Shown in pieces: positions 9,355 through 20,000 of a DNA stretch of 20,000 nt; the stretch's first letter is position 1; every line of letters starts with the position of its first letter. Both the position numbers and the translations under genes were made by a program. The stretch lies in assembly GCA_000934665.2 (NCBI GenBank), contig KZ538427.1, positions 51,247-71,246 of the forward strand, given 5' to 3'. This DNA comes from Catajapyx aquilonaris (Eukaryota). The notes beneath the pieces were generated by a model. It was not told the DNA's origin and ran no database searches. It saw only the letters and a program-made list of their open reading frames with translations.

Positions 9355-10400
9355 AGTGCAGTCTGGCATACCTTTTTGGCTTCTAAGGTATGCTGGAGCT
9401 GCTCGCCACCTGCTTGGCTGCTCTGCCTGTGACTTCGCCATCCTGTCTGCCCCCTCCATCTCCTATGAACCATATGTTGTGAAGAGGTTTTTCAGTTTGT
9501 GGATGACCACCTCGCCTTTCTCACCAGATACCCATGCTGTGCTCATCTACTGTTGGACTGCCTCAGCACATTGCGTGACCTGCATGCTGCTGTGTAGTGT
9601 CCCAACTTGGAGCTGTTGTGGCATTTGGCCACCGGACAGTTCTTGTGTGGATGCATCTCCCTTTCACAGTATCTGCAGGATTTCTTTGTGTGGTTATTTG
9701 CATGGGAAGGCTAGGTAGGATTTTTCTTTTGTGAGGTTTTGCATGCAGGACTGGTGGCTAGGTGGTGCTTTCTTTGTAAGGCTTCTACTTGCTCTGTCCC
9801 AGCAGGTGTCATTTCTGCCTGCTGTTGTTGTATTGTTTCTTTTCTGGCTCTGCAGGGCAGTGTCCAACTAAGATCCAAGATGAGCTGGAGGACTTTGAAT
9901 AACTGATGACTGTCCCTCATGCTTACACCAACATACCTCTGAACAGCTCTGTCTTCATAGTGCTGTACTCACATTTGCCATCAGTGCATATAAGGCTGTT
10001 GCAAACTGCTCTATACCAGGGATTACTTAACATGCTAAGTAATCTAAATGATAAAATCATGTTAAATAACACGTTAAGTAATCCCTGTCTATACTTTCAC
10101 CCGGGCCTGGTCTTGGTGATTGAAGCGGACTTTCATACACCATATTCCTACGGGGGATGAAATGCTTGTCGAAGGCATCTTTCACATCGGAGAATTTCTT
10201 TTTGCTCTCTTCAGGTTCAGTAAGGTTCGAAGCTGCCAGGATGTCTTCACTTTATACCCCCATAACACACAGGAAATAAGTGGGATACCTGCATCCCCTC
10301 TTCTCTTTGTTCAGGCTTGATGCTGACAGCGCTGAAAGCCGGATGGAAGAGAGTAACAAAGCTTGTTTGTCGGCCCACGCCAATACACTGCTTTCTTACA
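9355..10400 (-). mobile_element. Decayed, internally deleted Ty3/Gypsy-like LTR retrotransposon (gag plus integrase fragments); no LTRs recognised
   Basis: gag-like segments: EDILAASNLTEPEESKKKFSDVKDAFDKHFIPRRNMVYE, GESIEQFATALYAL, GMRD...LQLILDL. Zinc-knuckle region CRYCEREMHPHKNCPVAKCHNSSKLGHYTAACR (~9685-9580). Integrase-like VVIHKLKNLFTTYG (~9510-9469) and terminal KPKRY. Multiple frameshifts and stops. Confidence 0.82.
10017..10087. mobile_element. 71-bp miniature TIR element with a 7-bp TSD, inserted in the gag relic
   Basis: TIRs cagggattacttaacatg and cacgttaagtaatccctg (17/18). tctatac at 10010-10016 and 10088-10094. Removing the element and one TSD copy restores gag GESIEQF. Confidence 0.85.
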
Positions 10401-11825
10401 GCATCCTCTACATTTCTGCTACTCGCTACACAGTACACTCCCCAAAACACGTCCCAAAATAATGTACAGATCATGGGTACATACACGATCTTACAGGTAC
10501 AGATTTAAGTATTCAATCTGCAAGGGGTCTATAAATTTGCTCCACTCCCAACTTGAAATGGAACGGGGTCTGGTGGCTGTTGACAGTGTTGCCATCTTCT
10601 GAGCATCTCTGGCATTACTGCTGTCCTACAGTATCAGTGAAATACAGTATTTTATATGCGTTTGAAAGAAATGTGCAACTCCCAGATACCGTAGTTAATA
10701 ATGCTGTAATTGTGATATGTAGAGCTGGTTGTATCAAGGAGGAAATAATTATCGACAATTATATATAGAATTGGCTAGGTGTGAATTTGTTCCTATATAC
10801 ACCAGTTGACTCATCATTGGATGTCACCTAGGTGCATGTTGTATCCCTAGTTAGCATGTGGGGTGGGAGTAGTGTGCAGAGAGGTAGGATGTACACCCTC
10901 TGGTTGTGGTATATATCACACTACATCCAAGTGGGGGGGGGGGCAGACAGTGTTGCCATTTGGCAACAGGTTATAGTTACAACAGATTATGTAGTGGCAA
11001 TTGGTGGTATTATGTCAAACACTGGTTTTCGCCAGAGTCTGTGGTACAGTATGTGCTGCTGGTCTGATGGTTGTGGTGCCTACACACTTGCATCACCCAC
11101 GGTTTGCCCAGTTTCTTCACTGGCGGTCATGAGGCAGTTTGTATGGCAAGAATATTGATATTATGTCCACCACCTCCTAGCTCATTTTTATCAACTATTG
11201 GAATGTTCTGGAACATACCAGCTGGAGAAGAAAAAAAAGTAATAAAGCATGTTGGTGTTATCTTGCATTCCTTGAACGCCTGCAGGAAACCCGAGCCTCT
11301 CCATTGTCCTGGTTCTCTATGTTTCACATTCCAGACCAAACTGGTTCACCAGAGTGCAGATTGCATTCAGAGTTGAAGGAGCTCTTGCAAACACTACACT
11401 GAGCTGGCAGGGTGAGTGTACTGGGCGGTGTCTCCACTGGTAGAATCTGGGGAAAAAGGTACAAAATGTTTCTTGATTCTTAACTGTATATTATTTTGAT
11501 GGTTACAAGAAGGAGTGTGCTCCCTTTGTGGCTTCACTGGCTTGAGATACAAATGGCTGAAGACTAGGGGATGCCGCATATCCATTTGTGTCATGGTCCA
11601 GTCAAAAAATGGGCTAAAGTTATGGAGTTACACAGGTTTAAAATTACAACTTCACACAAGAGGGGTGTGTTGCATCAGAAAATAAAGCATTCATTGGCAT
11701 GTTAATGTCTTTGCGGTTGCACGTAAGGTAATGCACACAGCATACCAAAGTTTCAGGTGCTTGTGGCCTTCTAGGAGATGTTTTATACGTGATGTTTTAA
11801 TTAGCCTACTACAGTTTACTCTGGA

Positions 11826-12004
11826 ACCAAAGCAGGTTGGCATGGTGGATAAGGCATCCGACTGCTAATCGGGAGGTCCTGGGTTCGAATCCTGGGGCCG
11901 GCAACCCTGACCGTGGTTTTCTGTGGTTTCCCATGGTCTTTCTAGGATAATTCCGGGGCGCTTCCGTATAATAGGTCACAGCCGCTTCCTTCCTTCCCTA
12001 TTCC
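11826..12004 (+). mobile_element. tRNA-derived SINE (Talua/Lm1-like insect type), probably 3'-truncated
   Basis: A-box-like TGGCATGGTGG, anticodon-arm-like gactgctaatc, B box GGGTTCGAATCC. The body cctgaccgtggttttctgtggtttccc...aggtcacagccgcttccttcc resembles termite/locust SINEs as recalled. Confidence 0.78.
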
Positions 12005-12059
12005 TTGGAGGTTGAAAGGCAATGCTGGGCCAACCTCCTTAATATCAATTATGAAGTTG

Positions 12060-12219
12060 ACTCTGGTTATAATAATGACTCTCGGCTATAGCAGACTTGA
12101 AAGGATGGGCCCGCCATACTTCCATATATGGCCTGTGTTCCTGGCTATAATAACAGACCTCGGTTATAGGAGACTAATTTCCACGGTCCCTTGAAGTCTG
12201 TTATATCCGGAGTCTCCTG
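12060..12219. mobile_element. Right end of a pogo/Tigger-like MITE
   Basis: Ends cggtcccttgaagtctgttatatccggagtctcctg|ta, with internal ctc(t/g)g(t/c)tata subrepeats. A possible left end is tacagtttactctgga at ~11810 (12/16 match). Confidence 0.55.
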
Positions 12220-12599
12220 TAGTAGGTCCAACAGCAGGCAGCATATTCCTTGGCCCAAAACAAGTCAAAAATGTAGGCGGGAGCAATGTCAGGAGACCAA
12301 CTGGTAATGAGGTAGACAACCAGACACATTGGACACGGACAGCCCTGCCTAGACTATCTTATGTGATAACACACTACACCTCTTTGTAGGAAGATCACCT
12401 GAAAGGTGGATCCACGTACTGACAGAGTGTTGTATGTGTTGTCACACGTATGTGTGTGCCAAGGAGCAGGCAAATGTGTCTGGTTGTCTACCTCATTACT
12501 AGTTGCTCTTGAGACATTTCTCACCCCTACATTTTCAACATGTTTTTGAACCAAAGAATATCCTACCTGCCATTGGACCTACTAGAATGAAACACCCTG
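12220..12599. mobile_element. Tc1/mariner-type MITE with ~110-bp inverted arms; left tip missing
   Basis: Arm 12220-12330 (tagtaggtccaa...gtaatgaggtagacaaccagacacatt) pairs with 12473-12583. The right terminus is gaaacaccctg|ta. Confidence 0.8.
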
Positions 12600-13112
12600 T
12601 ACGTGGACTAAATTCCTCCACTGTTCAATGTCCATTAATAAGGCCAATGTTGTAATCAGCCTTTCTTCCCTTTTGAATTGTTGAATATTTTTTCCTCAAA
12701 TCTGGAATAACCAAAACTGTGCATCCTGGTGTACCCTGCCAATAGCCATGGTGGTGTTACAGTGTTTTTAAATGCTATCAGAGTCAACCCATGTTGTACT
12801 GTAGATGAAGTAGCATTGTGGGCAGTCTTTGCATATGTTTTTAATTGTAAATTCTGTGTTACTCACAGATAGTTACTGTTCAATGGACCTTAAAATGCAC
12901 TGTTTTTTTTACTTAGACAGGGTCCATCATTAATGACTAATATTCTACCTTGCAACAGGGACTCTACAAGTAAAAGCATTACACAGTAGAGAAGATTCCC
13001 CCATAAGGGGGTGTTCTATAGATAGGTTATAGATAGGTTAACATAATGAAATTGGGTGATTACGTTACGGTGAGGAGTGTGAGTTGAAAAAGAAGAAGCC
13101 TTTCTTATAGTA

Positions 13113-13828
13113 CAGAGTCATCGAAAAAGAATGTCCCGTTTAAAAAACCCTATAACTCGAAAACTTGCACACACATCTGAATGATTTAAGTTATGAAACG
13201 CTAAGGAAGGTCTAAAGTTTTGGTTTCAGCTTAGTTTGTTTCGATATGTGCTTCATTTGTCGCTTGGCAGATAAAGAAGGAGGTATATGGTCTTGAGCCC
13301 AACAGGCTCAATGACATGTGGAGTCACCCTTGCAATGCTATCCCGTAGGTGCTGAATATCTCTGATATTTACACCACAGGCATTGTTCTTGACGATTCAA
13401 ATAAAAAAGTCACCTCATCAATGAAATAAACATGCTGTAGAAAAATTTCATTTGTTCAGCCTCCCAGTGTGAGAAGTCTTCAATGAGAAGCTTCCCAATG
13501 CCTAGCCCCTCCAGAAGCCCAGATTTTACCTCAATGGACTTTTTTGTGGAGGTGCATCTATGGTGAAAAGATTTGGCATCTCCAGTACCTATGGGAAAAG
13601 ATTTCAACGGTAATGCCAGACATACCTGAGCAGGTTAGGCATGACGCCGATTACCTTATTTACATTTTTTGAGCGACAAATGGAGCTCATATCAAAACAA
13701 ACACAACTATAGTAAGACCAAAACTTTAGACATTTCTTAACATTTCAAAACTTAAATCATTTAGATATGTCTACAAGTTTTCAGGTTATAGGGTTTGAAA
13801 AATGGGATATTCTTTTTCGATGACCCTG
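13113..13828 (+). mobile_element. Internally deleted Tc1/mariner-superfamily element with ~150-bp TIRs and TA TSD
   Basis: ta|cagagtcatcgaaaaagaat ... attctttttcgatgaccctg|ta. Arms ~13113-13263 and ~13672-13828. Transposase remnant PSRSPDFTSMDFF at ~13507-13545 (cf. WPPRSPDLTPLDFFLWG). Confidence 0.85.
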
Positions 13829-14848
13829 TAGTGACCAAGAAGCACTGAAGTCTCACGAAGAATAATAAGTTATAGACCACTGCATTCTTGCAGAAATGGT
13901 ATTTGAGAAAAATGATGGTTTATAAAACTCTCAAAAAAACTGATAGAGCAAGTGAAAAATTGCACTTTTAAGAAAGATCCCACTAAACTACTAAACAAGG
14001 TGCAAACTGAGCACATTTTATTGCAGGAGATAAATCCAGTATTTAAAAAGATCTGACACTGCATTAGTGGAATATCAGTAGTGTCAACTATTTTTTTTAA
14101 AAAAAAACTTACTATCAGGGTGGCAGGATAGTGTAGACTGTAGAGGTTAGTGGTACAACCTTCCACTGCTGAGGTTCTGACTTTGGATCAGAGTGGAATT
14201 TCTCATATAGGCCTATGGAAAAGTTGTTTTTTTCTATGCCACAGGCACAATAATTCATCGTCAGTAGTGCAGCAATTGAGTAAAGATGGGAATTGAAAAA
14301 AGAATACCCTAAATAAAGAGTCACAGGCCCATCAAAGGGCCACCTATAATGATGATGATGATGATGATTGTTATTATTATTCCAACTCATGACACTTATA
14401 TTTAATTCTGTTAAATGCTCTAAAGTAGAGTTGTATATTGTTGATGAAAACATATTTTCTGAATAAATGATTTTGCAACACTGATTCACAGGTTCAAATG
14501 GTGTAAACACAATGGAAGGATATGATGATTTTGGCCACATTAATATACCCCTGCAGCTCCCATCTCTCTCACCTTTCCTTTCCCTTCAGGGCACCAAAAC
14601 TACCTGGCCACCCTATGGCTCATATGACACTACTGGGACGACATTTAGCATGAAATACATACATTGAATGCCCTAACCATAGGTACAAGTTATTGAAGCA
14701 AACCACTTTTGACAAACCCTGAAAAACCACAGCTAAAATGCTAGCCTATCACCAGATGCAGCATGTGCATTCACTATAGCCCACATAATCCCATAAATAA
14801 ATTGATATTGATAGGTGTATCGTAAACTTTTTCAGAGTGAAGCTCAAC

Positions 14849-15862
14849 ATGGCCTCCAAAGATGTACTATCTACTCCTATTGCAACCCTTGCTCCACTTG
14901 TCAATCAACAGCACTATGAGTGCATCAAACGCCTTACAGAGAGAGAAGAACATGCAACTCGCTCATTCAAACTAACCACAGAGAACGTCACCTCACTGTT
15001 GTTGCAACAATTAGAGTTAAACTTCAACGTTTCAAAGGAGCTAAATTTGTGCCGGGAGAGGCTGCAGGCTGCTCACATCGAATGTCTTCAACTCCGTATC
15101 GTCATGGGTTGGGAAGCTGCAGATGTGCAGAAACGGATTGATACCGAAATGAACCGCTTTGATCAACAGATCAGTACGTTCTTGGCTGCTGGTAAAGAGG
15201 AAGAGGTCAAGCTGAAGCAATGGCTGAAAGAAGTGAACAGCAACCAGATGAAAAGCCTGCAGGAGATTGAGGACCGCAAGATAGTGACAGAAGGTACCCA
15301 TTCTCGACTTCTGCAAAAAGTGACAACAGACATATGCTTGCCTGCAGTCGAGGTGATGATGTTGCAGTTCTTCCTGGAGGGACATCAGCAACAGTTCATG
15401 AAAGAGGAGGAGTACCTTCAAGGAATCCAGCAACTGCAAGAAGAGGCGCAGTTGGCCAAAGTGGCCCATCACAAGAAGATGGTGTCCTTGATCGACATGA
15501 TGCAAGCAACTCAGCATCAGAGGGCAAAGAAGGTGCTCTGGTTGAGGAAGACAAAGGAGGATCTGTATCAGGATTTTGCAAAACGTTTGATACGGCTGAG
15601 AGGTACGGGATGGAAGAACACATGGAAGAAACAAATCAAACTGCAGGCTAAGGCAGTGGATACGGAATTTTCCGATGAGTCAAAGATGTTGAAGGAAAAG
15701 GAAGAGACATACAAGAAAGAGATTGTGGGATTGGAGGAGGAGCTGAAAGCAGCTCTGGGTAATGTACATGAAAAGGGCGAGGAGGCAGGGCAGAAGCATG
15801 AGGAATGGAAGAAAAAAGATGAGCAAAAGATGATGCAGGGAATCACAGCTTTTTGCATGTGA
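14849..15862 (+). CDS. Uncharacterised Glu/Lys/Gln-rich coiled-coil protein, ~337 aa, single coding exon
   Basis: Uninterrupted ORF of about 1 kb in AT-rich DNA. Splice acceptor ttttttcag| at 14835, then an insect-type Kozak context caacATGg at 14849. Helix-forming E/K/Q/L composition with very few Pro. No family recognised. Confidence 0.75.
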   Translation: MASKDVLSTPIATLAPLVNQQHYECIKRLTEREEHATRSFKLTTENVTSLLLQQLELNFNVSKELNLCRERLQAAHIECLQLRIVMGWEAADVQKRIDTEMNRFDQQISTFLAAGKEEEVKLKQWLKEVNSNQMKSLQEIEDRKIVTEGTHSRLLQKVTTDICLPAVEVMMLQFFLEGHQQQFMKEEEYLQGIQQLQEEAQLAKVAHHKKMVSLIDMMQATQHQRAKKVLWLRKTKEDLYQDFAKRLIRLRGTGWKNTWKKQIKLQAKAVDTEFSDESKMLKEKEETYKKEIVGLEEELKAALGNVHEKGEEAGQKHEEWKKKDEQKMMQGITAFCM

Positions 15863-16272
15863 ATTATAGGTTGTTTGCTGTTGGCTGGGCCTAAATATTC
15901 GGGGTAGAATTTTTGTCATACTGCAAAGTCACTACTAGCAGCCTGCAACTGCTAGTAGGGGATTCTCCCATCATCTTTTTCGTGGGTTACCATCATTATC
16001 AGCTGTTGATACTCTACCTCCCTCTCCCTCTTTCTGGTGCACGTACTGGTAAGTTAGCAGTAACCAGCAGTGGGACGAAAATTCGACCCTTGATATCTTG
16101 TGAGAATAATTGGGCTCATTGAATATTCCATCAATTTCAAATTGCTTCAAAAATCTACAAATACAAGCTCTCATATAGTTATTTCTTATGGACGTGGATA
16201 TGTACTGTGAAATCCCGACAGGTCATATTACCAAGAGATGAATGATTTCATAAATACTGCAAATGTGGGAAT

Positions 16273-16390
16273 AGGGGGGGGGGGGGGGANAGTGGAGAGA
16301 GGATGAGGGAGAGGTTTCATAATTACTCACTGGGTACAATAAACTTGAAACTTGATGAGGGAGAGGCAGGGACAGGGAGAGAGAGAGAGA
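16273..16390. repeat. Poly-G and GA-rich low-complexity tract containing an ambiguous base
   Basis: Direct reading. Confidence 0.8.
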
Positions 16391-17171
16391 ACAGCAAAAC
16401 ATTCCAGAAAGAAAAAATATTTAAAAAAAAGCACTAATGCATCACTCAATGCATTTCTACTGCTTCCTTGTAGAAATAAGAGTGCTATGAGATTTGGGCA
16501 CTAATCTTCTGTAATGCTTCCATGCGGCATCAGGGTTTCAGAGCTTTAACTTATGGCTGCTGACTCGATTTATGAAGGAAAAGTATGTTGTAGTCAAAGT
16601 GACAAGTGACAAGAGCTTCTTGGTGCTTTAATTTACATGAAAAAAATGATGCTACGTGAACATTACTCCATGAATTATTTTGACTGCACTTTAATCCACT
16701 ATTGTCTCAAGGGTGTTCCGGTGGCAAAGTTGATCATTCTGCCAGCTGGTGCAAAGGTGAGTAAATGGATTAATCACCCCTGGCAATGTAAATAAAGTCA
16801 GTAGCATTCAAAAAGGTAACGGGTGACCAAAACCTTGTGCCAAGTATGGATTTGAGATCAAATGCAGACTAGAAGTAACTAATTCATCAATTCTCCCAAG
16901 CAAACAGCTGGCAGCATTTCCAACTTGGAAAGAGGGACACCCATATAATGGACCATACAAGTAAATTTAGGGGAAACATTGTTCTGACAGTTTTTGCTTG
17001 GTCCCATGAAGGATTTCCTATGCATATTTGTTATCAATGACAGACAGCTATATGGAATTAAATGTTTTCACAAGGAGGTTTTTAAATATTTGAAGACATG
17101 AAGTGCAGAATTTTCAGTTATGTTTTGGTCCAAAATGAGTTTGTATAATGTAACTGAAGACACACACTATA

Positions 17172-17759
17172 CAGGGTGTTTCAGAGTCACGGGTCACGTG
17201 CACGCGAGGGGGTGGGGAAAAATCGTAGGTGGCGACAACCCCGGTAGGTTTTATAAAACAATTTGAAATACGGAAGTAATAAATTTATTTATTACGGCCG
17301 TACAGCGTGACGTCACATTCTTTCTGTTCGAATTGACTGGCGCGGACTGGCAGGTGCACTCGTCGGTTGAACCTGGTTGAACAGCTTTTTAGCCTTGCGG
17401 GTTGCACTGAAAAAGGCGCTCTACTGCTATACCGGCAGGGTACTGTACACACTACTGTACAGCAGTACACTACTTTGTCTTTGCACAGTACCCTACCGGT
17501 ATAGCATGAGAGTGCCTTTTTCAGTGCAACCCGCAAGGCTAAAAAGCCGTTCAACCAGGTTCAACCCACTAGTGCACCTGCCAGTCCGCGCCAGTCAATT
17601 CGAACAGAAAGGATGTGACGTCACGCTGTACAGCCGTAATAAATAAATAGATTACTGCTGTATTTCCAATTGTTTTATAAAAGCGACCGGGGTTGTCGCC
17701 ACCTAAGATTTTTCCCCACCCCCTCGAGCGAGCTTGACCCGTGACTCTGAAACACCCTG
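17172..17759. mobile_element. 588-bp foldback MITE, Tc1/mariner-type (TA TSD, CAGGGTG termini)
   Basis: ta|cagggtgtttcagagtcacgggtca ... tgacccgtgactctgaaacaccctg|ta. Arms of ~275 bp pair inward to ~17445/17485. The mirror ORFs 17285..17554(-) and 17377..17646(+) are near identical. Confidence 0.93.
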
Positions 17760-18384
17760 TACCGTATATGCTAGTGGTCAAGTTAGTTTTCTGACTTTGA
17801 GAAATGTTTTAAATTCATTATCCTTTAAGGCCAAATACAAACTTAAACTTCAAAGATTAATATCTTAAATGTGTCAAATGTGAATCTGATCATTTTGCAT
17901 GTCAGGTCTTCATATTACAGTGTGACTATTGTTTGTAATCAAGTGTTATTGTTGTAACTGGACAGTTCCAAGGAGGGACATTAGCTCTTATATATTGTTA
18001 CAGGTTATTTTGTGTAGTAGCAGTTATCTCCTCCCACCATCACAGGTCATCAATCATGCATGAAAATACAGGTAGCCCATGACTTACATAGCCTTGACTT
18101 AGGTAGATCCAGACTTAACGTATACAATTTTTATCTTGTGCAAAAATTCTTCAGAATTCATTCAACAAACTGGTAGGGTTAAATACCACCAACTGTGAGA
18201 AAACAAGTCAAATTGTAGCATGTGATACCTCAAATCTGGTGCCTAAACTCGTTCCCTGACCCCGTTTATGTGTACAAGGAATGCGGGCTTCAGAAATCAC
18301 AAAACTTTTGAACAGCTCACAATGATTATGGTTAGATGTGAGCATTACGAGCTGGGATTGTATCCACACTATTACTGTCCATCA

Positions 18385-18480
18385 TGTACTATGGGCGCCA
18401 AAAGAATTGACCGGCGTTCATGTGTATATAGCGCTATATACCCATCAACTCCGGTCAATTCTTTTGGCTCCCATAGTACA
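18385..18480. mobile_element. 96-bp near-perfect spacerless palindrome, probable mini-MITE
   Basis: tgtactatgggcgccaaaagaattgaccgg...tatatagcgctatata...ccggtcaattcttttggctcccatagtaca. Confidence 0.75.
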
Positions 18481-18904
18481 CTGAAGCCCAAAGAACATTA
18501 TTGTGGGTTTGCCAATCTACATCTTATTAATCGGAGGCCATGGCAGCAGGACTGAGGACACAGCAAAATGTTGCAATTTTGGAATATCGCATAAGGTCCA
18601 ATATAAAATCAAACATAATTCCAAGTTATGCAAACTTTTACTTACTTGTAGGATTGCTTAACAATCCACTGACATTAAGTCGGAAGCTGCCTGTATTTTA
18701 CATTTGACATTGTTTGTGCTCTGCTGCCTACATCATCGTTGCAGTAATAAAGTGTGGCAACTACTATTTCTAGATTAAGAGCATGTACTCACTATTTCCC
18801 CAAATAAATATAAAAGTCTTAGTACAGGAGTATATTTTAATGATGTCATGGTCATAATCAGGGCCGTATTTACACTTTTTTCGCGGGTAGGCAGTTGGTC
18901 ATCT

Positions 18905-18946
18905 CCCCCCCCCCCCGACCCCACCCNNNNNNNNNNNNCCCCCCCC
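18905..18946. other. Poly-C tract containing an assembly gap (N run)
   Basis: Direct reading. It is preceded by cagggccgtatttac, a possible TIR-like start at ~18859. Confidence 0.9.
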
Positions 18947-18961
18947 GAATATACTGATAGA

Positions 18962-19328
18962 CTGATAGTCCCCGGTCTATGAATGATGTTACGTTCTGAA
19001 AATGTCCATAATTATGTCAGATTTGTACAAAACTCGAATCCCTGAGGAACAGCGCATATACTGCATATGATACAGTGTAAAGATGCTGCTCCAATGAACC
19101 GCTTGCGTCATGTGTGTCTGTTTACATGTGCGAAGAATGTAGTTTCCCAATTATTTATTTATTATACAGCATTTATGTTGAACTTGGTATGGTATTGGTC
19201 AACATATGCAGAAGTGATTGAAAGTGGATGGATAATTATAAATAATTATCCTTCTAGGGAGCCTTGGGAGTCCGTTTGTAAGTATGGATCGCCGTAAGTT
19301 GGGTTGTTTGTAAACCGGGGACTACCTG
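18962..19328. mobile_element. ~367-bp pogo/Tigger-like MITE
   Basis: Left end ctgatagtccccggtctatgaa; right end ttgtaaaccggggactacctg|ta (reverse complement caggtagtccccggtttacaa). Confidence 0.72.
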
Positions 19329-19789
19329 TAATACACAACATTGCTGCACATCTCACATGTCAGTTGTTCATGTGGGAAAAGAATTTTTATATGCTAAGGG
19401 AGGGGGAAATATAAAATACATTCCGTGGCACAATCTCACCCTGTTGAGTGGGGTGAGATTGTTACAAGAACAAAATAGACAACTTGAAACGAATTGCAAA
19501 CAAATGAATAATGAACTAGACCTACTAACTGAAGGAACTCAAAATAGGCCTACAAATAGAAAATGTTGTAACCTGTGAAGAGGACTAGGTAGGTAGGCAC
19601 ACAGGTATTTGAGATTTTAAAAACCAAGGAGACTTTGAAACCCAGGGTTTCCTGTCTACTATGTTAACACCACTCCCCTGATTTTTATCGTCGGACTTAT
19701 CTTTCTCTTCACCTGATCTGTTCTATTAGTCCAGTCATTTGGTGACGGAAAGTAGTCGATTCAGGAAAAAATTGCTGAAGAATTATTCT

Positions 19790-20000
19790 CGACGGATCTA
19801 TATATTTTTTGGGGTGCTGAATCTGAAAATCCAGTTATCGACTAGATTCGGATATGGCTTCACCATAAAAATTGCAAAAAACCATAAAATTTCGGAAGTT
19901 GTTTTAGTTTTCCGCTTATATAGCCCAGGCAACGAAGGGAAAATAGAAAAAATAAATGGTGTAGTTTTGAAATTTGGCACAATTGTGGGGGGGAGTGTCC
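19790..20000. repeat. Probable interior of an unclassified DNA-transposon-derived repeat running off the window
   Basis: The motifs ttttggggtgctgaatctgaaaat and ttttgaaatttggcaca are typical of insect non-autonomous DNA elements as recalled. No ends identified. Confidence 0.35.

Noticed and set aside
9469..9540. Myb/MADF partner of the Harbinger transposase (KLKNLFTTY)
   Set aside because: The context VVIHKLKNLFTTYG, directly after a gag zinc knuckle, fits a retroelement integrase better.
9242..9718. 158-aa Cys-rich + strand ORF
   Set aside because: It is antisense to the Gypsy relic and starts inside a MITE.
14920..15919. Several overlapping and antisense ORFs, including the 197-aa one
   Set aside because: They are shadows of the biased-composition coiled-coil CDS.
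17285..17646. Pair of near-identical 89-aa ORFs on opposite strands
   Set aside because: They are a by-product of the palindrome, with non-ATG starts and no protein features.

Overview
AT-rich, intron-containing animal genomic DNA with small assembly gaps. It is probably from a hemimetabolous insect, inferred from the SINE and MITE types. There are no prokaryotic features. Three apparently intact genes can be assembled: a 5-exon ~158-aa orphan (+, 84-1340), a 2-coding-exon 366-aa F-box/LRR protein (-, 4480-5683) and a single-coding-exon ~337-aa coiled-coil orphan (+, 14849-15862). Most other recognisable sequence is decayed or nested mobile DNA: three different tRNA-derived SINEs, a spliced but frameshifted DUF4806/BEN-like gene directly downstream of a spliced PIF/Harbinger (HARBI1-type) transposase relic, an internally deleted Gypsy-like gag/integrase relic with a 71-bp insertion, a Tc1/mariner relic, and many palindromic MITEs including a 588-bp near-perfect foldback. 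The best candidate for something undescribed is the Harbinger transposase + BEN-like pair, followed by the two orphan genes. All family assignments come from motifs recognised by eye; no database searches were run.
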